DNA from: the human T2T-CHM13v2.0 reference genome, Homo sapiens
DNA length: 64,000 nt
Direction: 5' to 3' (one strand)
NCBI RefSeq assembly: GCF_009914755.1
Contig: NC_060927.1
Of this stretch, positions 1 to 11,342 are shown piece after piece. The number at the start of each line of letters is the position of its first letter. Position 1 is the stretch's first letter. Made by a program: the position numbers and the translations under genes. The notes under the pieces were generated by a model that did not search any database, was not told where the DNA came from, and saw only the letters and a list, made by a program, of their open reading frames with translations.

Positions 1-639
1 TAAAAAACTTTTTAAAAAGGAAAAATGGTGATTTCAAAAATTGACACATCCAAATACTTTGTCCACAGAACTGCTCTATTAATCCAGCTGTAACATCCAG
101 TTTGTGATTTATCTCCATAGTCTAGCATTCCATTAAATTTGTACGTGTATTTGGCAATGTTTTTGTAAGTAAATTTCTTGTTATAAAATCAATAAAGTTT
201 CAACAAAAAAAGGCCAGATATCATACCACATACATACAGACATACAAATAAATTAAAATAAGAAATCATTTTAAAAATGAGCAATTAAAATTATCCTTAT
301 TAGGAAGACACCTTTATATATATATATATTTATATAATATATATATGTAATAGTTGGAACAGAGAAAGTATAATGATTTCAAAATATAATTACACCTATG
401 ATTTAAAAGTAACAAATTTGAGAAAAATGCAGCTAAAACAATAATTCAGGTAATATTGACTAGATTTTATACACTAAAAGTAAATATAATTTGTTCCATT
501 GGTTCTCTGAATTATGTCTTCCATAGAGTTTATTGATATCCCCACAGTGAAGACCTGGTGATGGATTTAATTGAATTGGGGTAGGTGGTGATGGTAGATT
601 TGGGGTAGGAGCAGACCTGAGCAGTACTGCAAAGAAGTG

Positions 640-1242
640 GGCTCTAATGGACACCTCTGCATGACTTCACGTCATCTTGGCCTCATCTGACTGAGACCTT
701 ATCTGATTTCAGCCTCAGGTTTTAACAATAGCTCTGCCTAGGCTTTGTGCCATTTGGGGTTTACACTGACTTACTTTAAACATCTGACATGCACCTCTTC
801 CTTCTATCCTTAGAGATTTTATGATCCCAAACGTGTGGATGTCTGCTGGAGCCCACTCAGTGGCACCACACCTAACACAGAACTAAGGTGGATTAATATC
901 TTTTCACCCCTGCCACCCCAAGACCATCCTTAAACAATAGAAGTTAAGACAAATACACTAAAGCTTCTTCCTTGCATTACTCAGATAAACAATTGTAAAA
1001 TATATTTTATAAGTCTACTTATACATTATCAGTAGGCTTGATCACCTGTTACCCACAGTGATAGCCAAGTTTATTTTAATCCTTTATTGGCTTTTCCTAA
1101 TTCCCTTTTCCTCCTTTCCCATTTCACACACTTCCTAGTTATTCATGTGTGCTAATAAGTGAACCATCATTTATTTCCAAATAAATTCCCTTTAGGTGAA
1201 CCCTTTCCTCATGCTCTGATTTTGTGGAATCCAGACATGGCA
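640..1242 (+). mobile_element. Old ERVL-class solo LTR (LTR16/LTR33 family), degenerate
   Basis: Contains 'gttacccacagtgatagcc...cctttattggcttttcc' and ends 'aaataaattcc...cctcatgctctgattttgtggaatccagacatggca', resembling the LTR16 body and 3' end as recalled. Start is approximate. Confidence 0.6.
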
Positions 1243-2750
1243 CATGGTACATGACTATTTGATCCAGTGCTGTGCTAGCACTGGGGATGAAATTTCACAT
1301 AGAAACACTTCTGTCTTTATCTTTCTAATATGTATTATCCAGTTTTCATAGCTTTTTGACTTTATTCAAGTTGTATAAAGTACAAAAAAAGCCACAATAA
1401 TTATTTTAGTTAACACATGATCCAGCTGTGTTTCATATATAATCTATTTATTTCTTCTAAGTAAAAGTAATTCTCCTTTTTAAGAAATGCTTTATATCCT
1501 GCTTCATAGTTACACATTGTTTGGTTTTTAATTTTTGTCTTCTTTATATAGTACCTCCTGTACTTCAAACCAGAGGGAAAAATAATAATTAATATTAATC
1601 TGTTCTTCAGGTTTTTTTGGTTGTTGTTCCCCACACACAAAATTCTCCTAATCTCCTTACTTTTTCTTCTTTTTTGAGTCTTTAAAATTTTCCTTGATGT
1701 GTTTTCTCATAAGCAAGACTCCACACTAATAAGATTGGCCATATACATGGGAAATAAAATATTAGGAAAGTTGAACTGTATTTTCTTTTGGGAAATGTCA
1801 AGCTAAACTTTACATTTACAAATATTTTTTACTTATAGATATAAAACAAATTAAAATTTATTTTCTCTTTCAGGCGATAGTTGGAAATGTTTTGCAGTTA
1901 CAGTTCCAATGCAGAATACTTCTTCATACATATTTTGCCTAGACTTATAGACATAACAGCAAGGATATATTTAAAAACTCAGTCTTTCAAATATTCAGAA
2001 AAGTAAAATGGCACTTTTTAAAATCCAGATGTTAATATTATATCCACATAGCCTCCTAAGAATGTGACAATGTCAGTAAAGCAAACCAGAGACATATATT
2101 TCAACGTAAATGTTTACTTGTTTAACAATGCAAGTAAGCTACATCAACATATAGTTGTCATTCACATATGGAACTCCATACACAGTCTTAGTGTATCAGA
2201 ATTTACTATTGTTGGACAGACATTGAAGATCTTTTCTGTGTAGAATGATATCACTCTACTCACTCACTTGACAAATACCTATGCATCACTCTGTCTTAAA
2301 CACGGACTGAAAAATATTATTTAACATTCTAAGAAGTCTTGGCATATTGTTCTGCTTTTCTTTTTCATATATTTCCATTGATATTTGTAAATTGTTGCAT
2401 TATAGCAATTCTTATAGATTGTGTATCATTAAATATTCGTGTCTTCTCATTGCCCTATGTGCTATCCAGCCTTGGTTCACATGCTCAGCATCTCTTGCTT
2501 GAAATATCTCAAGTTCTTTTCTTTTTCCATATGGCCAGATCAATTTATATAACACAAATATATTTATATCAGTACGTGAACCATATGCTAGTTTACAGTT
2601 CTTAATTTGGAGGTACGGAGACCTCTAAAACAATCAGAATTAGATTAAATTATTTTGTCTGCATTTAGTAGTTTCAAAGCTTTTTTTCCCCTAAATATTC
2701 TTTTTTGAACAAATCTCCAAATGGAGATATTTAACTTGCATGATCTTTGT

Positions 2751-3690
2751 AAAGATTAAATGTTGAGCTTTTATTTCATATGCTTGGTGGATGCATATAT
2801 ATCTTCTTTTGAAAAGTGCCTGTTGAAGTCGTTTTCCACTTTTTAATGGGGCTGTTTGTTTTTTTCTTTTAAATTTGTTTTTCAGTTTCTTATAACTGCT
2901 GGATATTAGACCTTTGTCAGATAAATAGTTTCCAAAAATTTTCTACCATTCTTTAAGTTGTCTGTTTATTCATAGTATCTTTGGCTGTGCAGAAGATTTT
3001 TAGTTTAATTAGATATCATTTGTCAATTTTTTTCTTTTGTTGCAATTGCTTTTGGCATCTTTGTCATGGAATCTTTGCCCATTCCTATGTCCAGAATGGT
3101 ATTGCCTAGGTTATCTTCCAGGGTTTTCATAGTTTTTGGTTTTACATTTAAATATTTAATTCATCTTGAGTTGACCTTTGTAAACTGTTCAATCATAAAG
3201 GCACATGCATGCACATGTATGTTCATTACAGCGCTATTCACAGTAACGAAGATATGGAATCAACAAATGCTAATTAATGGTAGAATGGAAAAAAAATGTG
3301 GTATATATATACCGTGGAATAATATGTAGGAACAAAAAAAATAATGAGATCAAGTCATTTTCAGGGACGTGGATGGAGCTGGAAGCCATTATCCTTAGCA
3401 AACTAATGTAGGAAGAGAAAGCCCAATACTGCATATTTTCACTTATAAGTGGGAGCGAAATGATGAGAACACATGGAAACAAAGGGGAACAACAGATATT
3501 GGGGCCTGGCTGAAGGTGGAAGGGGGAAAGAGGGAGAGAATCAGGAAAAATAACTAATGGATACTAGGCTTAAGACCTGAGTGATGAAATAATCTGTAAA
3601 ACAAACCCTCGTGACACAAGTTTACCAATATAACAAACCTGTACATGTGCCCATGAACTTAAAATAAAAGTTAAAAAAAATATTAAATGT
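2751..3690 (+). mobile_element. 5'-truncated, 5'-inverted L1 (L1PA13-16-like 3' UTR)
   Basis: Antisense ORF2 at ~2764-3182, then sense ORF2 end plus 3' UTR at 3183-3680 ending 'aacttaaaataaaagttaaaaaaaa'. TSD aaagattaaatgt (2751-2763) / aaatattaaatgt (3678-3690). Confidence 0.9.
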
Positions 3691-3769
3691 AATGAAAGTA
3701 TTAAGTGGGTGGCATACTGTTTCACACATTTTAGGCAACAAAACATATGTTTTGTTATTTAGTATCCTC

Positions 3770-4262
3770 TTCCGTTTATGAAGTCCAAACTCCTTATCAT
3801 GCATAGTAGACCCAGGCAGCTTTGTCATTACCTCCCTGCTCAGGTTCATTTCTACCACTAATCTTTTACTTCCTATAGACCAGCAATTGTGAGGTCTATA
3901 TAGCTTCCTAACAAGTCATGCTGTTAGATGTTACCTTTTTCTTTTTTGTCTAAATATATTCACATGCATTAAAGGGCATGGACTTACTGAGCTCGATTTA
4001 AATATGAATTCTTTACTTTAGCCTTCCTTTGAACATTTCCAGTATTCTCACATTAGGTTATATATCACTTTTTTTCTTTTGCTATCACTACATTCTCTGA
4101 AACCTTTTACACATACATTTATAACAGTTTATTGAAATTATTTTGCATAAATATTTTTTCTCCTACTATGAGAACTCCTTTATGGTTTAGGCAGTTCTTC
4201 AAGCTTCTTTTAATCCATAAGGCCTAGCACAATGCTTAGGATATTAGGGATACCTCTTAAAC
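3770..4262 (+). mobile_element. L2 3' fragment
   Basis: 'gaagtccaaactccttatcatg' and 'gcctagcacaatgcttagg' resemble L2 3'-end motifs. Confidence 0.55.
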
Positions 4263-5159
4263 TGGATCTTGGTAAGTATATTTACATGCATGAGATTGAG
4301 AATATGTTTCCCACCAGGCAGCTCTCAGGTTTCCCTAACATGTTAATTCTCAAAATTGGTAGGACCAGCTGTGAATGTCAGAGATGGCATCAAAGTCAAT
4401 GTTACAAAAAAGGGGTTCCTTGTTTGATGGAGATACAAACTAAAACAAGTCACCTACAAAAAATGGTAGCATGTGTTCATTTGATAGGGGGCAGGTTGGG
4501 TGATAAGATGAAGAGTCATGGAGTTGTATGCCATAATGATAGGAACGCAAAAGTCAACTTTGTGTCTATTCTTAATGAGCCTATGGGTCATAGGAAGAAA
4601 ATATTTGTGGCATGAGGGATAGCTGAGGTTGGAGATACCTACTGATACAATATGCTTATTTGATAAGGAAACATCTATTGATGGACTCTTTGGAACTGCA
4701 GGTTAGAAAAACAGACCACTTGAAAAAAAATGTTCAGCACACTCATTACTAATAATAGAGAACAGAGAAGATTTTTGTAAACCTTACTTTCAGGAAAAGA
4801 AAAATAAAGGAACAGTTATGGTAACATTTAAGTATCAAAATGGAAAAAATCTGGAACTTTTTATCACTTACATCAGAAAGATGAAATTTCCCATGAAACT
4901 CTCATTGCTTCATACTTTCATTACCCTTTTCAGTATTTTTAGGTAGTTTTATGTTTGTTTTATTTAAGTTGACTTCTCAATTATATAACCTCTAGGCCCC
5001 ACAAATATAGAATCTACCCCTGTACCTATATAAAATGTACTGAGAAGCTAGAGATTAGTGTTATTTAAGGATTCAAAGAAGGTCATCTAAACAAGTGTTT
5101 ATCTGAGATACATTTTTACACATGGAACTATGGGGAAGGCCCATTGTAGGTATATGGAT

Positions 5160-6760
5160 TTCATCCATATAATGAATATGCAGAGCTCTTACTATGTAAT
5201 AGGTGCAAAGCTTGACCTTGGAGACAAACACGAATAAGACAAAATCCCATATCCCACAAAATTTTACAGTAGGAATAAAGAATGACATAGTTCTATGTTA
5301 CAATTCTGATGAAGATATACATGCGAGTTATGAGAGCTAGGCATCTAAAATCACACTTTGATTTAAGCAAAAGCATCAAAGTGGCTGAGCAACTTTGTCC
5401 AAGCCCTGAAGAACAAACAGAATTAACCAGACAAAATGCTGGAAGGATGACTTCTTAGCAGGGTAAACAGAATAAAAACTCTAGATAAAATAAAAAATTC
5501 TACATAGAAGGGTTTAATATGTGGCCTACCAAATTAGTTGATTATGTGAATTACTTAACATTTCTTTAACATCAATCATGAGGCATTAATTTTGCTACAG
5601 GTTTGAAGCAAAATGATTAGAAACATAGTCATTTTCTAAGAGTTTGGATACTTTATGGGGAGGGAATTATATCAAGTTAAGTTACATAATAAGTAATAAA
5701 AAGCATATTCAAAGCTCTTGAGTGGTACTAAAGAAAAAATAGCATACTGCTTTAAAGGAAACAATACAGTTTCACAGAGTAATAAAATTTAACAGAAATT
5801 TAAACAAAAAGAGCTGTATGTCTCTCTCTGAAATAAGAAAACATTAGAAATAGAAAGTATAATAACATGAAGGTCTGAAACAAGGTAAAATGCTTCAGGA
5901 AACAAACTAAGATGAAAGCAATGTGAGATGAGTACTGGAGAAGTACGAAGACTGAGCTGGATGTTTATACAGGATCCAGACTGTTGACTATAAGGCAGTA
6001 ATAATGGATTCTGCATACAGAATCACATTGCCAAATATACCTTTTAGAAAAATAACTAAGGGAATCCAGTACGAATTGAAATTAATCATTTTACAAAATT
6101 ATTCAACGCACTATTATTAGATTAGAAAAACTTCAGAGGAAAAGTAATGTTTGGCACTTAGCTACTTATGAGGCTTTTTACTGTGTTTTAGGGAGATGAT
6201 TAAAAGTGATAAGAAGCCAGGGCGCTGTGGCTCACGCCTGTAATCCCAAAACTTTGGGAGGCCAAGGCAGGTGAATCACTTGAAGTCAGGAGTTGGAGAC
6301 CAGCCTGGCCAACATGGCAAACCCTGTCTCCACTAAAAATACAAAACATTAGCTAGGTATGGTGGCAGGCACCCATAAACCCAGCTACTCAGGAGGCTGA
6401 GGCAGGAGAATAGCTTGAACTTGAGAGGAGGAGGCTGCAGTGAGCCGAGATCAAGCCCTTGCACTCCAGCCTGGGCTACAAGAGTGATACGCCATCTCAA
6501 GAAAGAAAAAAAAGTGACAGGGAGAATGATATTTTGAGACAGAGAGAAACAAAAAGAAAGGAAATAAAGTAGATAATAGTAATGGTTCAGATGACACTAT
6601 TATTTGATTTAAGGGAGTGGTGAAAATATTAATATGTAAAACAGTCAAGCTTTTGTAAATTATTACATGTTTATGTTAAGGTTATACTGGAGTTGAAGAC
6701 TATTTCATAATTTTAACTTGTATAATTATAGTTCACTATACTGTTACTCAGTTTAGAAGG
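5160..6760 (-). mobile_element. Degenerate L2 fragments, interrupted by an Alu
   Basis: 'tactatgtaataggtgc...ggagacaaacacgaataagacaaaatccc' resembles antisense L2, followed by purine-rich L2-like tracts. Boundaries are approximate. Confidence 0.45.
6215..6513 (+). mobile_element. AluS full-length
   Basis: Dimeric Alu with A-rich linker and tail. Degenerate TSD aaaagtgataag / aaaagtgacagg. Confidence 0.95.
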
Positions 6761-7476
6761 CAAATTTGTGGAGTGTCACATGAGTAAGACATTGTGTTGA
6801 AGAAAAAGTTCAATGACTTCGCTGCTCTCAAAACAAAAGTAGCTCCTCTCGCCAGTCAAAAACAAGATATATATATGTATTTTTACTCTCAGAGTCAATT
6901 GCTTCCAAATTTTGGCTGTAATTTACTTTCTATTAATCATTCTTCCCACTAAGGACATGGCCCTATCCATACAGGTGACCTGAACTATATTTGCCAATAT
7001 CCTTGCTTTTCATTCTGTTTGTGTTATTTTCCTAGCTGATTTGCTCTCATTCTGCTATCGCTGAATCCAGAAATTACACTTCAAAACCATCTCAATTGTC
7101 TCATCCTCTTGGGTTTCCTTTTTTGTTATTCTAATTCTATTTCCAAGAATAAATACCAAATATGATCTTCTCTCTCCTTTAGGTCCCATCTTGACTATAA
7201 ATAATTATTGGTGACTTTTCTTATCTGTGTATGCAAATTTTTACTGCCCTCCCACAATCTCCATAAATTTAAATGTGAACTTTGTAAAGCCAAATATAAT
7301 TTTATGCACCATTTTATTGTATTGATTTCTTAATGCCTTCCAAACAGTATTACTTAGTATTAATATAAGAATAAGAATTGCTACTTTATTAAAGTTATTT
7401 AATGATAACATACTGGATCCTCAAGGTCAAATTTTTGAAGAAATGTCTAAAAACTTTTTTTGTCACATATCAGCTA

Positions 7477-8104
7477 TTTTTTATTTTTCAATAGCTTTAG
7501 GGTTTCAAGTAGTTTTTGGTTACATGGATGAATTGTATAGTGGGATACAATATATCCCACTGGGAAGTCTATTAGTATAACCATTACCACAGTAGTGTAC
7601 ACATTGTTCCCCAGTAGGTAGTTTCTTATCCCTCACTCCCATCCCAACCTCCCACTCCAGTGTCCGTTATATCACTCTGTATGCCTTTGTGTACCCATAG
7701 CTTAGCTCCTACTTACAACTGAGAGCATGCAGCATTTGGTTTTCCATTCCTGAATTATTCACTTAGATAATGGCCTCCAGTTCTATAAAAATTGCTGCAA
7801 ATGACATTATTTTATTCTTTTTTATGGCTATTATTCCATGGTGTATATACACCACATTTTCTTTATCCACACATCAGTTGATGGGCACTTAGATATATCC
7901 CATATCTTGGCAATTGTGAATTGCTCTGTGACGAACATCTGTATGCAGATGTCTTTTTAATATAATGATTTCTTTTGAGTACATAGCAAGTAATGGAATT
8001 GCTATAACAAATAGTAGATCTACTTTTAGCTCTTCAAGAAATCTCCATACTATTTTCCATATGGAAAATATTAGGTTGTACTGATTTACATGCCCACCAG
8101 CAGT
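7477..8104 (-). mobile_element. L1PB-like 3' end
   Basis: T-rich tail, then 'ttttggttacatggatgaattgtatagtgg' and antisense 3' UTR/ORF2 end. Confidence 0.85.
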
Positions 8105-10000
8105 CACATTACCTGACTTCAAATTATACTACAGAGCTATGGTAACCAAAACAGCATGGTAGTGGCCATAAAAACAGACACAAAGACCAATGGAACAGAA
8201 TAGAGAACACAGAAACAAATACACACACCTAGCATGAACTCATTTTTGCCAAAGGAGCCAAGAACATACACTGGGTAAAGGAAAGTCTCTTCAATAAGTG
8301 GTGCTGGGAAAACTGTATATCCAAATGCAGAAGAATAAAACTAGACCCCTATCTCTTACCATATACCAAAATCAAATCAAAATGGATTAAAGACTTAAAT
8401 TTAATACCTCACACCATGAAACTACTACCAGAAAACTTTGGGGATAGTCTGCTCATTGATCTGGGAAAATTTTTTTGAGTAATACCCAACAAGCACAGGC
8501 AGTCCAAAAAAAAAAAAAAAAATGGAGAAATAGGATCACATCAAGTTAAAAAGTTTCTTCACATGGCTGGGCACAGTGCTCACACTTGTAATCCCAACAC
8601 TTTGGGAGGCCCAGATGGGTGGATCAAATGAGGTCAAAAGTTCGAGATCAGCCCAGCCAACATGGCAAAACCCTGTCTCTACTAAAAATACAAAAATTAA
8701 CCAGGCACACACCTGTAACTCCAGCTACTTCAGAGGCTGAGGCACAAGAATAGCTTGAACCTGAGAGGCAGAGGTTGCAGTGAGCCTAGATTGCATCACT
8801 GAATTCCAGCCTGGGTGATGGAGTGAAAACTCCATTTCAGAAAAAAAAAAAAAAAAAAAAAAAAAAGCTCGTTCACAGCAAAGGAAACAATGGAAACAAT
8901 CAATAAAGTAAAGAGAGAGACAACCCACAGAATGGGAGAAAATATTTGCAAACTACTCATCTGACAAGGGATTAATGCAAGAATATATAAGGGGCTCAAA
9001 TAACTCTATAGAAAAATATTTAATAACTTGATTAAAAATGGGCAAAATATTTGAATAGACACTTCTCAAAAAGGAGACACACAGGTGACAAACAGCATGT
9101 GAAATAGTGCTTGACACCATTGATCATCAGAGAAATGCAAATCAAAACTACAATGTGATAACTCACTCCAGTTAAAATGGCTTATATCCAAAAGACAGGC
9201 AATAACAAATACTAGAGACAACGTGTAGAAAGGGAATATTCATACACTGTTAGTGAGAATGTACATTAGTAAAACCACTATAGAGAATGGTTTGCAAGTT
9301 GCCCCGAAAACTAAAAAGTGAACTACCATATGATCCAGCCATCCCACTGCTGGATATATACTCCAAAGAAAGGAAATTATACTAAAGAGATATCTGCACT
9401 TCCATGTTTGTTGTAGCACAGTTCATAATAGCGAAGATTTGGAAGCATCTTAAGTGTCCCTCAGCAGATAAATAGATTTTAAAAAGTGATACTTACACCC
9501 AATGGAGTACTATTTAGCTGTCGAAAAAAAGCAGATATCTTGTCATTTGCAACAACATGGATGGAACTGGAGGTCATTACATTAAGTAAAATAAGCCAGG
9601 CACAGAAAGACAGACATCGCATGTTCTCACTTATTTGAGGGAGCTAAAAATCAAAACAATTAAACTCATGGACACAGAGAGCAGAGGGATGGTTACCAGA
9701 GGCTGGGGGTGGGGGGTTGGGGATGGTTAATGCATTAAAAAAATTAGAAAAGATTAATAAGACCTCGTATTTACTAGCATAACAGAGTGACTACAGTCAA
9801 AATAACCAAATTGCACATTTAAAATAACTAAAAGTGTAATTGGATTGTTTGTGAGACAATGGATAAATGCTTAAGAGGATGAATACCTCATTTTCCATGA
9901 TGTAATTATTATGCATTGCATGCCTGTATCAAGATATCTCATATACTCTATAAATATATACACCCATCCTGCACCCACAAAAACTAAAAATAAAAAAAAA
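8105..10000 (+). mobile_element. L1MA (L1MA2/3-like) ORF2 3' part and 3' UTR, interrupted by an Alu
   Basis: Runs from 'cacattacctgacttcaaattatactac' to 'cccacaaaaactaaaaataaaaaaaaa'. Confidence 0.9.
8565..8866 (+). mobile_element. AluS inserted in L1MA
   Basis: Dimeric Alu with a long A tail. TSD aaaaagtttcttcaca / aaaaagctcgttcaca. Confidence 0.95.
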
Positions 10001-10004
10001 TAGT

Positions 10005-10515
10005 TGATGCCTCACTCTTCTCACTGACAATAGCCAATCAGCCATAACTAAGCAAGCCCCAGTGAAGGACTCCTCTAAACAGGCAACATTTTCTCTAGAG
10101 CTCTGCATTAGTTATTAGAGACTTTTGTCATATCTACAATGAAGCAAGATTGCTCCTCTACACAATCTTGATTTGCTTCATATTCTTCCCCAATAATGAT
10201 TTTGAACTCCTAATTACATCTCAGCATTGAATATTAGACGACTTAAGCTGTCATATGTTTGAGTTGTCCAATAACGGTCTAATAGTTGTCTAGGAATGGT
10301 CTGAAAAGCAGGTGGTAAATCAATTTTGGGGGTATGGGTCACTAACTGCCTTATCAGTACGAAAGACCCATTCCTAAAGTAGAGGAAAAAGCACTGGCAC
10401 CTTTGATAATTTAGGGATTTGGAATATACAGAGGAAATGATAAATAAGGACAGTGAAAATCACTGTTTGTACTAAGTTGTACTGGTGGCTTACAGGAAGA
10501 TAATGAAGACCCTGA
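10005..10515 (+). mobile_element. ERVL-class LTR 3' part plus start of ERV3-16A3-like internal region
   Basis: 'ggaatggtctgaaaagcaggtggtaa...ataaggacagtgaaaat...tacaggaagataatgaa' resembles the recalled ERV3-16A3 internal 5' end. Confidence 0.5.
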
Positions 10516-10823
10516 TTCTAATTCTTTGGGATAAATACTTAGAATTTAGATTGCTGGATCATATGATAGTCTCATTTTTACCTTTTGAGAAGGTTCCATA
10601 TTGTTTTCCATAGTGTCTGCACTATTTCTCATTTTCACCAGCAGTATAAAAGTCTTCCAATTTTTCTACATATTTGCCAACACTTCTCTGTTCCCTTCTC
10701 TCTCTCCTTCTTGCACTCTCCTTCTCTCTGTCTCCCACTTGTGATCCCCCCCCCTCTCTTTTATAATAGCCTTCCTAACAGGTATGAGGTTATATCTCAT
10801 TGTGGTTTTGACTTGCATTTCCC
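10516..10823 (-). mobile_element. L1M ORF2 fragment
   Basis: 'gattgctggatcatatg...tatctcattgtggttttgacttgcatttccc'. Confidence 0.85.
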
Positions 10824-11342
10824 GGTACAGCATCTTTGAATTGCTCTATTTTGGTAAGTTACCAAATCCAGTCAACAATTACATTTGGTAATATCTCTTT
10901 ATTAATTTGATTCTAGACCACCATAATTTGCCAGTATCCATCTGTCTTTATTTGAAGCCAGAATGATGAATTAAATGACAGTAAGATTGAGACAAGCAAT
11001 TCTACATGACTTAAGTCTCATGGATAGCATCACTTATCTCCACCCTTCCACCTGAGATACCATATTGCTTCTGATTTGCAATTTGCATGGGGTAGAGAAT
11101 ACACTTGACTTTCCAACTATGATGACTTTTCTTCCACAGGTTAGCAAAGCAATGTGATGTTTATATTAGCAGCTAAATTATCCTTACACAATAGCTGCTC
11201 AGAGACTAGAGAAATAAATACTGTATAATTCTGTGGGAAACCTTTGTATCTACTGTTATACCGACTTCAGCTAGGATTCCTTTTACTACCTGGTTTTGGC
11301 ATACTCTCATTTTGACTAAGAAACATGGTGGCACAGGGTGAC

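Noticed and set aside
4232-4615. 127-aa ORF
   Set aside because: It starts in an L2 remnant, has no recognisable domain and no supporting exon structure; the length is compatible with chance.
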